Origin: Synechococcus elongatus PCC 6301
GTDB taxonomy: Bacteria > Cyanobacteriota > Cyanobacteriia > Synechococcales > Synechococcaceae
Assembly (NCBI RefSeq): GCF_000010065.1
Contig: NC_006576.1
Coordinates: 1,350,001 to 1,382,000, forward strand
DNA: 32,000 nt
Reading direction: 5' to 3'
The translations under genes and the position numbers were made by a program. The notes beneath the pieces are model-generated. The model saw nothing but the letters and a program-made list of their open reading frames with translations. It was not told the origin of the DNA and ran no database searches. This document shows positions 16,788 to 26,243 of the stretch, piece by piece (within the stretch, counting starts at the first letter, position 1; each line of letters starts with the position of its first letter).

Positions 16788-17981
16788 CGACAGAAACGCT
16801 CAACGCAACGGAGAAACAGCTCAACGCCCAGTGCTAGTGCCGTCTCGTCGAAGTTAAAGCGGGGATGGTGATGCGGAAAATTCAAGCCGCGATCGAGGTT
16901 GGCGCTGCCCAAAAAGAAGTAGCAACCGGGCCACCTTTTGCAGGAAGTAGGACATGTCCTCTGCGCCCATCGTTTGGCAGTCGGGCACCACACCAAGAGG
17001 CGGTTCTAGGACTTCTTCCGCCACGCTACGAACTAGAACGGCGATCGCTGAATCATTGATCACTGCTGGATAGAGCTTGCGATAGTTCAGCTCGTAGGTG
17101 GCACCGTGACTATTGTAAACACCCGCCACGATCTGCTCAATTCGCTCCTGCAAAAAGCCCTGATAGCGATCGTCGAAGTAGCGAACAGTGCCTTTCAGTT
17201 GGGCGCGATCGGCGATGACGTTATAGGTCGTGCCTGCATGGAGTGAGCCGATCGTCACCACCGCTGAGTGGAGTGGGTCAACATTACGAGACACAATGCT
17301 CTGCAACAGCGTCACGATCTGCGAAGCCACCAACACGGCATCAATACAATTTTGGGGAATGGCGGCATGGCCACCGCGCCCTTGAATCGTCAGATCAAAC
17401 AACTCCACTGCTGCCATCAGTGGGCCACTGCGTACGCCGACTTTCCCGAGTGGCAAGTAATTCCAGAGATGGAGACCAATGATCGCATCTACAGCCGGAT
17501 TCTCCAGAACCCCTTCGGCAATCATTGGCGCGGCACCGCCGGGACCTTCTTCTGCTGGCTGAAAAATGATTTTGACGCGACCAGCAAAGTCGGAATTGGC
17601 CTGCAGACAAGCTGCTGTTCCTAGCGCGATCGCCACGTGGCCGTCGTGACCACAGGCATGCATCCGCCCATCAATTTCCGAGCGATAGGGAATCTCATTT
17701 GCTTCCAGAATTGGCAGCGCATCCATATCGGCTCGAATCGCCAGCGTCGGTCCCGATCGCTGCCCTGCAATTTCTGCAACGATGCCCGTGCCAGCAACTC
17801 CAGCTTGAAAGGAAACGCCCAGTTCCGTCAGTCGAGCAGCAATAAATGCTGCGGTCTCTTGCTCTTGAAACCCCAGCTCTGGCCGGCGATGCAATTGCTG
17901 TCGCCAGGCCACAATTTGCGCATGGCGATCGCGCACTGCGGGGCGAACCGTTTCCGGTAACTCCTGACTAAGCAGCAGCAT
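16784..17981 (-). pseudogene. M20D-family amidohydrolase (N-acyl-L-amino-acid amidohydrolase/hippurate hydrolase-like) interrupted by a 1-nt frameshift near 16928-16935
   Basis: The N-terminal about 350 aa lie in ORF 16854..18236, with the true start at MLLLSQ (17981). The conserved C-terminus PGCYFFLGSAN...PHHHPRFNFDE...GVELF is in the frame of ORF 16784..16996. The total span is 1198 nt, which is 3n+1. Confidence 0.8.
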
Positions 17982-18100
17982 GATGGTGAGCAGGCAAGGG
18001 CTTTGCCCCACGCTAGCACGGCAATCCCAAGGCTTTTCGAGTGTCTGACAGTGCGATCGGGGTTGGGTATGCTGCAGATAATCCCGGATGGCTAATTGGC

Positions 18101-19381
18101 ATGAGCGAGACTCAGGAGCGCTTACAACGATTGCGAGCTCAAGCGGCAAGTCTCGTTTTTTATGCCGGGATTTTAGAGTCTGCGACTGGACGTGCTTTTT
18201 TAGAACTGCTTGACGCACTGAGTCACCAACAACCACTCGCTGCAGTCACGGCCTACAGCACTTGGCTAGGTCACCTCTTGGCTAGCCGACAAAGTTGGCC
18301 ACAGTGGCTAATGCACCACATTCGCAGCGATGACAATCCGTTTAGCCGACAGGCGCAATTTGCGATCGCCAGCAGCTTACCTGAGGTCTGGCAGCAAAGT
18401 GCCTGCCAAGATCTGCAAACGTTGCAGCAACTAGCCAGTGCTCCCCCCAGACTGTTAGCTCCGATGGTGCAGGCACTCGCAGATCTGCCCACCCCCCCGC
18501 CACATTGGCTAGAAGAAACCCGCGATCGCGAAGCGCAATGGGCGGAAACTGAAGACTGGGCCATGCTGTTGCCAGACTTGATCCAGCATTATCAGCAGCG
18601 GGGGGTCGGGTTCTTCAATCGCTATTGGGCCTTGCGCTGGCAGCAAGGACAACTGCACGGCATTGAGCATCCCGATCCAATCCCCTTATCCGATTTAGCG
18701 GGCTACGAGCTCCAAAAAGAGACGCTCAAACGTAATACGGAATTTTTGCTGGCAGGGCTGCCCGCCCAAAATGTCTTGCTTTACGGCAGCTGTGGTGCTG
18801 GGAAATCCTCAATGGTCAAAGCTCTGATTAATGCCTATGGCGATCGTGGCCTCCGACTGATTGAAGTGGGTAAAGCCGATCTCAGGGAGCTGCCTCAAAT
18901 TTTGGATCAGCTGCGGGAATCTGCTCTCAGTTTTATTGTTTTTGTCGATGACCTGTCCTTTGAAGAAGATGACGAAACCTTCAAAGCACTCAAGGTTGTC
19001 CTAGAAGGCGGCTTAACAGCACGGCCACCTAATGTCGTAGTTTATGCCACCTCCAACCGTCGCCATCTGGTACGGGAATATTTTGATGAGCGCCCCAACC
19101 CAACAGAAGCCAATGAGGTTCACGCCTGGGATTCGGTACAAGAGAAACTCTCCTTCAGCGATCGCTTTGGCTTGACGCTCACGTTTGAGCCCGCTGATCA
19201 AGACACTTACTTGGCGATTGTTCGCCATTTAGCTAGCGAAGTCGGCTTGACAATGCCGCTCGAAACGCTGGAATTTCGCGCCCGTCAATGGGCAACTCGC
19301 CACAATGGGCGATCGGGCCGTACCGCTCGGCAGTTCATGGACTGGCTGATTGCCGAACAGAGCCTGCCCAACCCTCTCTGA
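18101..19381 (+). CDS. AAA-type ATPase of the DUF815 family with a long N-terminal extension
   Basis: Walker A YGSCGAGKSSMVKAL and Walker B FIVFVDDLSFEEDD. The ATG at 18101 (MSETQERL) is preferred over the GTG at 18041. Confidence 0.7.
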   Translation: MSETQERLQRLRAQAASLVFYAGILESATGRAFLELLDALSHQQPLAAVTAYSTWLGHLLASRQSWPQWLMHHIRSDDNPFSRQAQFAIASSLPEVWQQSACQDLQTLQQLASAPPRLLAPMVQALADLPTPPPHWLEETRDREAQWAETEDWAMLLPDLIQHYQQRGVGFFNRYWALRWQQGQLHGIEHPDPIPLSDLAGYELQKETLKRNTEFLLAGLPAQNVLLYGSCGAGKSSMVKALINAYGDRGLRLIEVGKADLRELPQILDQLRESALSFIVFVDDLSFEEDDETFKALKVVLEGGLTARPPNVVVYATSNRRHLVREYFDERPNPTEANEVHAWDSVQEKLSFSDRFGLTLTFEPADQDTYLAIVRHLASEVGLTMPLETLEFRARQWATRHNGRSGRTARQFMDWLIAEQSLPNPL

Positions 19382-19410
19382 GGGGCTGGCAATACTCTGC
19401 TCTGATGTAC

Positions 19411-19434
19411 AAAAAAGGGGCCGTAAAGCCCCTG
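19411..19434 (-). terminator. Rho-independent terminator downstream of gyrA
   Basis: Minus strand reads AGGGGC TTTACG GCCCCT TTTTTG, 21 nt after the gyrA stop. Confidence 0.7.
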
Positions 19435-19454
19435 AATCCATCGAAATCAGTAGA

Positions 19455-22025
19455 TTAGTTAGGTTCGTCGCTCGCGATCGCATCCTCACTAGTCTCATCC
19501 AGCTCTTCCTCGCCGGGTGGCACGAGGGCAACTGCTGCGAGTACGTCATCGGCATCCAAGCGTTGAACACGAACGCCTGTGGCAGCGCGGGATTGCTGCG
19601 GAATCGCATCGCTGGCTTGGCGAATGATCACGCTGCGTTGACTGATCATCACCAGTTCGTCACCACTTTCGACAATCCGTAATGAAACCAGCTCATCTTG
19701 CTTGCTGCGGAATTTAATCGCCCGCAAACCCAGACCTGCTCGTTTCTGCAGGCGGAACTGATGCACAGGCACCCGTTTCCCTAACCCTTGCGCTGTCACC
19801 ACCAGCACCCAAGGTCCGGGACTTGCAACAACTTCTACGGCATCATCCGCTTCATCCTCATCGCCTGTTTCGGTCATGTTGGCCGTCAGAGAAGCAGGCA
19901 ACACATCCATCGAGATCAAGGTGTCGCCCGACCGCAAGGACATTGCCCGTACACCGCGCGTGGCCCGCCCCAAGGGTCGCAGATCATCATGGCTGGCGCG
20001 GAAGTGGATGGTCATCCCCTTGCGGGAACCAATCAGAATGCTGTCTTCCGGTTTCGCCAGTCGCACCCAGCGCAGTTGGTCACCTTCGGACAGGGCGATC
20101 GCAATCAGACCGTTGGAACGAATGTTGGCAAAAGCGGAGAGCGCCGTTTTCTTGATGTAGCCGCCCTGAGTCAGCATCACCAGATATTCATCGTCACTGA
20201 AGGCGCTGACCGGCACGATCGAAGTGATTCGTTCTTCGCGGGGAATCGGCAGCAATTGCACGATCGGCACACCCCGCGCATTGCGAGAGGCCGCCGGAAT
20301 CCGGTAGGCCGGCAGATTGTAGACCACCCCGCGATCGCTGAAGAAGAGGATGTTGTCGTGGTCACAGCAAGTCAAGAAATGCTCGACACTATCGTCATCC
20401 TTCGTCTTCGCCCCTGCTTTACCCCGTGTTCCGCGACTTTGCGCCGTGAACTCGTTGACCGGCATCCGCTTGATATAGCCCTGCTGAGTCAACAGCAGGA
20501 TCGACTTCTCGTTGGCAATCAGGTCGATCGTTTCTAGTTCACCGTCTGCTTCCAGCAAGGTGGTGCGGCGCGGCTCTTGGAAGCGCTGCTGCAACTGCTC
20601 CAGCTCGGTTTCGATGATTTCCAGCACCCGCTCGCGGCGGGCCAAGATATCGCGATAGTCTTCGATGCGGCGCTGCAGATCCTGGTGTTCCTGCTCGATC
20701 TTCTCGGCTTCCAGCGCCGTTAGTCGCCGCAACTGCATCTGCAGAATGGCGTCGGACTGGACTTCCGATAGACCGTAAACGTCGATCAGTTCCTGTTTGG
20801 CTCGTGGGGCATCCGCCGATCGCCGAATCAGTTCGATGATCGCATCGAGATTCCCCAGCGCAATCAGCAACCCTTGCAGCAGGTGGTCGCGCTCTTCAGC
20901 CTTACGAAGTTCGTAGCGCGTCCGTCGTTCGATCGTCTCGATCCGGAAATCAAGGAAGACTTCTAGCGATCGCTTCAGGGTCAGTAGGACCGGCTCGCCA
21001 TCCACCAACGCCAGCATGTTGGCGCTGAAGTTACTTTGCAGTGGTGTCTGTTTGTAGAGGTTGTTGAGCACCACCTGCGGGTAGGCGTCGCGCTTCAGTT
21101 CAATGACAATGCGCATGCCATCGCGATCGCTTTCGTCGCGAATGTCGGAAATACCCTCCAAGCGCTTCTCGTTGACCATCTCAGCAATGCGCTCAATCAG
21201 CGCTGCCTTGTTGGTCTGGTAAGGCAACTCCGTAATGATGATCGCGTCGCGCACCGGACGTCCTGGGGCTTCGATCGTGTCGATCGTCGCCACACCCCGC
21301 ATCGTGATCGAGCCTTTGCCAGTCAGGTAGGCATCACGAATGCCCGCCGAACCCAAGACTTGGCCGCCAGTAGGGAAGTCTGGCCCCGGGATGTGGCGCA
21401 TCAGCTCGCGATCGCTGATCTCGGGGTTGTGGATCAGCGCAATCACGCCGGCGATCAGTTCCGTTGGATTATGGGGCGGAATGTTGGTCGCCATGCCGAC
21501 CGCAATGCCGGAGGAACCGTTCAGCAGCAGTTGCGGCAGCCGCGCCGGCAGAACTGTTGGTTCCTGTTGCGAGCCGTCAAAGTTATCGCTGAAATCGACA
21601 GTTTCGGCTTCGATATCCTGAAGCAAACCATCAGTTGTCAGCGGCTTCAGGCGCGACTCGGTGTACCGCATCGCCGCCGGCGGATCGTTGTCGATCGATC
21701 CGAAGTTGCCGTGGCCATCGATCAAGGGCGATCGCATCGAGAAGTCTTGGGCCATGCGAACCAAGGCGTCATAGACCGCCGTGTCGCCGTGGGGGTGATA
21801 CTTACCGAGCACTTCCCCGACCACCCGTGCACATTTTCGGAAGGGGCGATCGGGCGTCAGGCCCAGCTCATACATCGCGTAAAGAATGCGCCGGTGCACC
21901 GGCTTGAGGCCATCCCGAGCATCGGGCAGCGCGCGCCCGACAATCACGCTCATCGCGTACTCGAGATAGGAGCGCGACATTTCGTTGCGCAGGTCAGTCT
22001 GGATGATGCGCTCCTGGGCACTCAT
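19455..22025 (-). CDS. gyrA: DNA gyrase subunit A
   Basis: [28 protein letters not shown], the AAMRYTE active-site Tyr region, and a C-terminal beta-pinwheel with an acidic tail; 856 aa. Confidence 0.97.
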   Translation of the reverse strand: MSAQERIIQTDLRNEMSRSYLEYAMSVIVGRALPDARDGLKPVHRRILYAMYELGLTPDRPFRKCARVVGEVLGKYHPHGDTAVYDALVRMAQDFSMRSPLIDGHGNFGSIDNDPPAAMRYTESRLKPLTTDGLLQDIEAETVDFSDNFDGSQQEPTVLPARLPQLLLNGSSGIAVGMATNIPPHNPTELIAGVIALIHNPEISDRELMRHIPGPDFPTGGQVLGSAGIRDAYLTGKGSITMRGVATIDTIEAPGRPVRDAIIITELPYQTNKAALIERIAEMVNEKRLEGISDIRDESDRDGMRIVIELKRDAYPQVVLNNLYKQTPLQSNFSANMLALVDGEPVLLTLKRSLEVFLDFRIETIERRTRYELRKAEERDHLLQGLLIALGNLDAIIELIRRSADAPRAKQELIDVYGLSEVQSDAILQMQLRRLTALEAEKIEQEHQDLQRRIEDYRDILARRERVLEIIETELEQLQQRFQEPRRTTLLEADGELETIDLIANEKSILLLTQQGYIKRMPVNEFTAQSRGTRGKAGAKTKDDDSVEHFLTCCDHDNILFFSDRGVVYNLPAYRIPAASRNARGVPIVQLLPIPREERITSIVPVSAFSDDEYLVMLTQGGYIKKTALSAFANIRSNGLIAIALSEGDQLRWVRLAKPEDSILIGSRKGMTIHFRASHDDLRPLGRATRGVRAMSLRSGDTLISMDVLPASLTANMTETGDEDEADDAVEVVASPGPWVLVVTAQGLGKRVPVHQFRLQKRAGLGLRAIKFRSKQDELVSLRIVESGDELVMISQRSVIIRQASDAIPQQSRAATGVRVQRLDADDVLAAVALVPPGEEELDETSEDAIASDEPN

Positions 22026-22123
22026 GGGCGGATAGTCTCCAGTACTGAAGTCGGGAAAAGCGGCGAAAAAAGCGGCCTAAACTGCCGCAAAATCAAGCTA
22101 TTGCAAGGCTTCTTCGCAATCTC

Positions 22124-22132
22124 ATTCTATCA
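22124..22132 (-). promoter_or_regulatory. Predicted extended -10 element (TGATAGAAT on the minus strand) for gyrA
   Basis: Located about 100 nt upstream of the gyrA ATG, with a weak -35 (TTAGAA) about 16-17 nt further upstream. This is a sequence-only prediction. Confidence 0.3.
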
Positions 22133-22254
22133 TGCGACCCCTCTTTTCTAAGGCGATCGCTGAGCGGTAACCCCCTCCGGGTGCGCTTCGGTTTCCCGCC
22201 CCCCCATTGCCGATCTGCCAGGGAATGATCGAAGTGTTCTCCAGTGGAGACCTC

Positions 22255-22713
22255 ATGATGTTGCGATTGCTGCACTGGCGATCTGCCGTCCCCGATCCAG
22301 CCCTTGCTTGGACTCCGATTGTGATGGGCACAGCGCTGCAGATGGAGGAAACCCCGACCACCCTGCGGCTCAGCTTGCCGCTCAATCAGTGGGATCCCAA
22401 AACTATTCGGGTTCAAATTGAGGACAACTGCCTGCGCCTGCAAGGCTACAACCAGCTCTGCAGCCCCTACGGCTCGCGCTGGCAAGTGGCACAACAATTG
22501 TTGACTTTGCCCTGTCCAGTGCGCGCAGACCAGTACCTGACTGCAGTGGAGAGCGATCGCTTGGTGCTGACCTTGATCAAAGTGCAGCCGCAAGCCTCCC
22601 TAGCCGCACAACCCTTCCAGATCTGGGAACTCTGGAAACAGGCCTGGCAACGAGGCCGGCACCGTTTGGGTCAGCAACTCAGACAGTGGAGCGATCGCCT
22701 ACTCACGCCCTGA
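22255..22713 (+). CDS. Divergent Hsp20/alpha-crystallin-domain-like protein
   Basis: ACD-like pattern: LQMEETPTTLRLSLPLNQWDPKTIRVQIEDNCLRLQG ... LLTLPCPVRADQYLTAVESDRLVLTLIK. The ATG at 22255 has GGAGA 4 nt upstream; the ORF-track start at 22207 is a TTG. Confidence 0.45.
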   Translation: MMLRLLHWRSAVPDPALAWTPIVMGTALQMEETPTTLRLSLPLNQWDPKTIRVQIEDNCLRLQGYNQLCSPYGSRWQVAQQLLTLPCPVRADQYLTAVESDRLVLTLIKVQPQASLAAQPFQIWELWKQAWQRGRHRLGQQLRQWSDRLLTP

Positions 22714-22747
22714 ATCAATGACTTTCAGCCCTTGAGGACTTTGAATC

Positions 22748-22975
22748 ATGACTCTCACCCTTCAAGACCGCATCACCGAAGCTCGCAGCGAAGCGCACCA
22801 AACCTGCGCCACCTTCGGCAAAGATGATCCGCAATGCCGCGTCGCTTGGGACATCCTCGAAGAACTGCAAGCTGAAGCAGCCCACCACCCCGAAAAAACG
22901 CTGCGGGAGAAAGCCTATCGCAACTACTGCGATGAATTCCCCAATGCCGACGAATGCCGGATGTACGACGTTTAG
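22748..22975 (+). CDS. cp12: CP12, redox-regulated scaffold of the GAPDH/PRK complex
   Basis: 75 aa with both Cys pairs (CATFGKDDPQC and CDEFPNADEC), the core AWDILEEL motif and the C-terminal ECRMYD. Confidence 0.9.
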   Translation: MTLTLQDRITEARSEAHQTCATFGKDDPQCRVAWDILEELQAEAAHHPEKTLREKAYRNYCDEFPNADECRMYDV

Positions 22976-23003
22976 GCTCGCACTGAAACCGCAATGATCG
23001 CGG

Positions 23004-23774
23004 CTAAGTGTTGGGCAGTAGCGCCTCCACCCAAACCCGCCGATACAGAGGCGTACTATTGCGGCTAGAGTACCGCGGCTCAACCGATGCCAAGGTCTCT
23101 AGCTGTTTTTGTGCTTGGCTTCGGGAGCAATCCAGCAGTTGTGCAGCCAGCGGCAGCGGTAGCCATTCCTGCCCGAGTCGCTCCAGGATTACCTGATCCT
23201 CACTGTCTTGGATTTGCTGCAAGAGCAGAGCCAAGAGTTGCCAGCAGGCTTCAACATCAGCGGCCGCCCGATGGCTTTGCCCCACCGGAAAACCAAAGTG
23301 CTGAACCAATTGGGGCAGACTCCGCGACGGTAGGTCAGCTAAGAGTTGGCGTGACATTTGCACGGTGCAAAGTTGTTCTGTAGGCGATCGCTCGAAGTCC
23401 AAGCCCAGCTGCTGATATTCCGCTGTCAGGAAGCGGTAGTCAAAGGGCAGATTGTGCGCCACCAAGATTCCGGTCTGAAGCCGTGGTAGCAAGGGGGGCA
23501 GCACAGATTCTGGCGGATCAGCGGTCGCAATCAAATCCGTTGTGATGCCGGTGAACTGGGCGATCGCCTCGGGGATCGGGATGCCCGGATTGAGTAGTTC
23601 CGCCTGTTGAAACTGGATGCCTTCAGCAAGGGTCGCTTGCAGAATCCCCAGCTCAATTACCCGCGCCTGCGGCGGCTTAAACCCCGTCGTCTCGACATCC
23701 ACGACCGTGAAAGTCGCCGCAGCAAGGCTGCGGTAGTAAGTCAGCCAATCGTGACTTCGCCAATGACTGCGCAT
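23004..23774 (-). CDS. DnaQ/DEDDh-family 3'-5' exonuclease (DNA pol III epsilon-like)
   Basis: Exo I VVDVETTG, Exo II AHNLPFDYRFL and Exo III HRAAADVEA, plus an uncharacterised C-terminal domain of about 70 aa. Confidence 0.85.
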   Translation of the reverse strand: MRSHWRSHDWLTYYRSLAAATFTVVDVETTGFKPPQARVIELGILQATLAEGIQFQQAELLNPGIPIPEAIAQFTGITTDLIATADPPESVLPPLLPRLQTGILVAHNLPFDYRFLTAEYQQLGLDFERSPTEQLCTVQMSRQLLADLPSRSLPQLVQHFGFPVGQSHRAAADVEACWQLLALLLQQIQDSEDQVILERLGQEWLPLPLAAQLLDCSRSQAQKQLETLASVEPRYSSRNSTPLYRRVWVEALLPNT

Positions 23775-23777
23775 CGG

Positions 23778-24245
23778 CTAGCGTCCACTGGGCGGTGGTA
23801 GTTGGCAGAACGGTCCAAATTGACCGTTGGGCAGGGTGGCTTCGCAGAGTTGCGCCTGTCGCAGATCGGGGCCGATCGCATCCAACAGATAGGCTTCGCG
23901 GAAATTTGCGCCCGCCAGTTGAGCGCCCGTCAGCTGAGCCCGCGTCAGAATCGCTCGGCTGAGATTCGCACCCCGCAGATCAGCACCATTCAGATTGGCG
24001 CCTGTGAGATCCGCGCCAGCGAGACTACTGCCCTGCAGATTGGCATTGCTCAAGTCGGTGAATGAGAGGTCGGCCTGCGCCAGCATAGCCCCAGCTAACT
24101 GGGCATTGGGCAGGCGACGAAACCGCAGATCGACAGCGTAAAAATTACAGCCCGAACACTGGTTGGTTGCAATCAAGGCCTGAATCGCCTCTGGCCCGCG
24201 TAGGGGTGAGGCGATCGCCATTGCCAAAAACCACAGTCCAGTCAT
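23778..24245 (-). CDS. Pentapeptide-repeat protein with an N-terminal hydrophobic leader
   Basis: Tandem A(D/N)LxG pentapeptides (ANLQGSSLAGADLTGANLNGADLRGANLSRA...). The N-terminus MTGLWFLAMAIA|SP looks like a short signal peptide. Confidence 0.85.
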   Translation of the reverse strand: MTGLWFLAMAIASPLRGPEAIQALIATNQCSGCNFYAVDLRFRRLPNAQLAGAMLAQADLSFTDLSNANLQGSSLAGADLTGANLNGADLRGANLSRAILTRAQLTGAQLAGANFREAYLLDAIGPDLRQAQLCEATLPNGQFGPFCQLPPPSGR

Positions 24246-24247
24246 GG

Positions 24248-25033
24248 TTAGAGGATCTGCGCCAGAAACTGCTTGGCCCGATCGCTCTGGGGTGCTGTGA
24301 AGAAGCGATCGGGCGGGGCTTCCTCGACAATTTGCCCATCGGCCATTAGGACGACGCGATCAGCAACTTCGCGGGCAAAGCCGACTTCATGGGTCGCCAC
24401 CAGCATCGTCATGCCTTCGCTGGCGAGATCCCGCATCACGTCCAGGACTTCGCGCACCATCTCTGGATCGAGGGCAGACGTGGGTTCGTCAAATAGGAGG
24501 ATGCGCGGCTGCATTGCCAAGGCCCGTGCGATCGCGACCCGCTGTTGTTGGCCGCCGGATAGCTGCCCCGGATATTTATCGGCCTGCTCAGCAATGCGCA
24601 CCCGTTCCAAGAGTTGGCGGGCAGTCGCTTCCGCTTGAGCGACGGGCCAACGGCGCACTTGCACCGGCGCCAGCATCAAGTTCTGGAGCACCGTCAAATG
24701 GGGGAAGAGGTTGAACTGCTGAAACACCATGCCGACCTCTTGGCGGATGGTGGCAATGTCACGGCGATCGTGGCTGAGACGATGTCCCTCAATCCAAATC
24801 TCGCCACGCTGGTGCGACTCAAGGGCATTGAGGGTGCGCAAAAAGGTCGATTTACCAGACCCTGATGGCCCCATCATCACAACCACCTCGCCCCGCTGAA
24901 CCGTGAGGCTAACGCCGCACAGAGCTTGAAATTGGTTGCCGTACCATTTTTCGACCCCCTCGGCATAAATCATGGTCTCTGGGGCTGAAGCGATCGCAGT
25001 CACAGGTTCGGGTTGCCGTCCTAAGGGAGTCAT
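24248..25033 (-). CDS. bgtA: Polar amino-acid ABC transporter ATP-binding protein (AapP/BgtA-like)
   Basis: Walker A GPSGSGKST, signature LSGGQQQRVAIARAL and Walker B LLFDEPTSALD. Confidence 0.9.
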   Translation of the reverse strand: MTPLGRQPEPVTAIASAPETMIYAEGVEKWYGNQFQALCGVSLTVQRGEVVVMMGPSGSGKSTFLRTLNALESHQRGEIWIEGHRLSHDRRDIATIRQEVGMVFQQFNLFPHLTVLQNLMLAPVQVRRWPVAQAEATARQLLERVRIAEQADKYPGQLSGGQQQRVAIARALAMQPRILLFDEPTSALDPEMVREVLDVMRDLASEGMTMLVATHEVGFAREVADRVVLMADGQIVEEAPPDRFFTAPQSDRAKQFLAQIL

Positions 25034-25051
25034 TCGATCGAATTACCGGGG

Positions 25052-26242
25052 CTAGCGCTGGGGGGTTAGCCGTTGTTCCAAGCGGCGGCTGAGTTGGGCG
25101 AGGCCATAGCAGCACAGCCAGTAAAGCACACCCAAGAACAGATAGACCTCGGCATAGCGACCGAGATAGGCCGGATTGGCCAAAATTGAGCGACTGATGC
25201 CCAGCAATTCCAGGAGGCCGACAATCGACAGCAAGGTGGTGTCTTGCAACAGGTTGAGGAAGAGGCCCACGATCGCGGGAATCGAGATCCGCAGGGCTTG
25301 GGGCAGAACGATAAATCGATAGGTCTGAAACAGATCTAGACCCAAGGCCGCAGCCGCTTCAAACTGACCTTGGGGAATCGCTTGCAAGCCTCCCCGCACG
25401 GTTTCAGCTAAGTAGGCAGACAGGAAAATCGTCAGCCCCACGATCGCCCGCAGAATGCGATCGATCCGCCATTCAGAATCCAACATCAGTGGCACCATTA
25501 CCTGCCCGAAGAAAAGGATGGTGACTAGCGGCAGGCCTCGGAACAGCTCAATATAAGTGACTGAGAGCCAGCGAATGGCGGGTAGCGAACTCTGACGCCC
25601 CAAGGCCAGCAAGATGCCCAGCGGCAATGAGCAGACCATGCTGATCAAAGCGGTCGCTAAGGTCAGCAGCAAACCGCTCCAGTCATTACTTGAGACTGGT
25701 CGCAGACCGAGTCCCCCTTGGAGCAGCCAAAGTCCTACCAGGAAGAGAACTCCCCAGAGCGTCGGCAGAAAGCGCAACCAAGCTTGTCCCCGACAGCGTT
25801 GAGCCAGCCAACTGGCCGCTGGCACAGTGGCTGCGATCGCAGCTAATCCCAGCTTGTGCGGGAACCAAGGCAAAGGAATCCCGGCGATCGCGGCAGCCAG
25901 ACCGGCCCAGCCCCAGAGCGATCGCCGTTGCCAACGATGAGAGCCCGTCGCCAGACAGCCCCAGGTCAATCCTAAGGTCGGACTGAGTAGCCCCAGCCAA
26001 AGCCAAAGGCGCCACTGTTCTGCGGCGGGATAGCGACCTACAAAAAAGAGCGTCCAGTTATCGACCAGTACCGTCCATCGGGCTTCTGTCGTGATCCAAA
26101 GCCCTAGCCGCCCCACAACCGTGACAATAATCACCACCAAGAGGAGCGTGATGGCACTGTTCAGCCAGGAGCTAAACAGGTTTTGTCGGAGCCAGGCGAT
26201 CGGGGTTTGTTGAGGCGTGATCCCCTGGGGCGATCGCATCAT
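25052..26242 (-). CDS. natH: Amino-acid ABC transporter permease (AapM/NatH-like)
   Basis: Long polytopic permease with the EAA-type loop of the His/Glu/Gln/Arg/opine family (GLQAIPQGQFEAAAALGL). The ATG at 26242 lies immediately after the upstream gene's stop at 26244-26246. Confidence 0.8.
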   Translation of the reverse strand: MMRSPQGITPQQTPIAWLRQNLFSSWLNSAITLLLVVIIVTVVGRLGLWITTEARWTVLVDNWTLFFVGRYPAAEQWRLWLWLGLLSPTLGLTWGCLATGSHRWQRRSLWGWAGLAAAIAGIPLPWFPHKLGLAAIAATVPAASWLAQRCRGQAWLRFLPTLWGVLFLVGLWLLQGGLGLRPVSSNDWSGLLLTLATALISMVCSLPLGILLALGRQSSLPAIRWLSVTYIELFRGLPLVTILFFGQVMVPLMLDSEWRIDRILRAIVGLTIFLSAYLAETVRGGLQAIPQGQFEAAAALGLDLFQTYRFIVLPQALRISIPAIVGLFLNLLQDTTLLSIVGLLELLGISRSILANPAYLGRYAEVYLFLGVLYWLCCYGLAQLSRRLEQRLTPQR

Positions 26243-26243
26243 C

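Noticed and set aside
16920-16940. Programmed +1 ribosomal frameshift in the amidohydrolase
   Set aside because: There is no slippery or hungry-codon/stop context (CAA AAG GTG GCC CGG) and no upstream SD-like stimulator. An indel or assembly error in a G/C run is simpler.
17982-18236. 85-aa N-terminal extension of the amidohydrolase ORF
   Set aside because: M20D homologues begin near MLLLSQELPE...AWRQQLHRRPELGFQE. The extension would also overlap the divergent DUF815 gene start.
19788-22151. Long plus-strand ORFs (249, 371 aa and others) antisense to gyrA
   Set aside because: They lie entirely inside the unambiguous gyrA coding region. Their translations are Arg/Gly/His-rich with low complexity and no motifs, which is typical of shadow ORFs on the opposite strand of a gene in a moderately high-GC genome.
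23778-24245. Pentapeptide-repeat protein as a Qnr/MfpA-like gyrase-protecting DNA mimic, because gyrA is about 1.7 kb away
   Set aside because: The protein has an N-terminal hydrophobic leader and a CxxC-type Cys pair resembling exported or lumenal PRPs. It is in a different transcription unit from gyrA. Proximality alone is not evidence.
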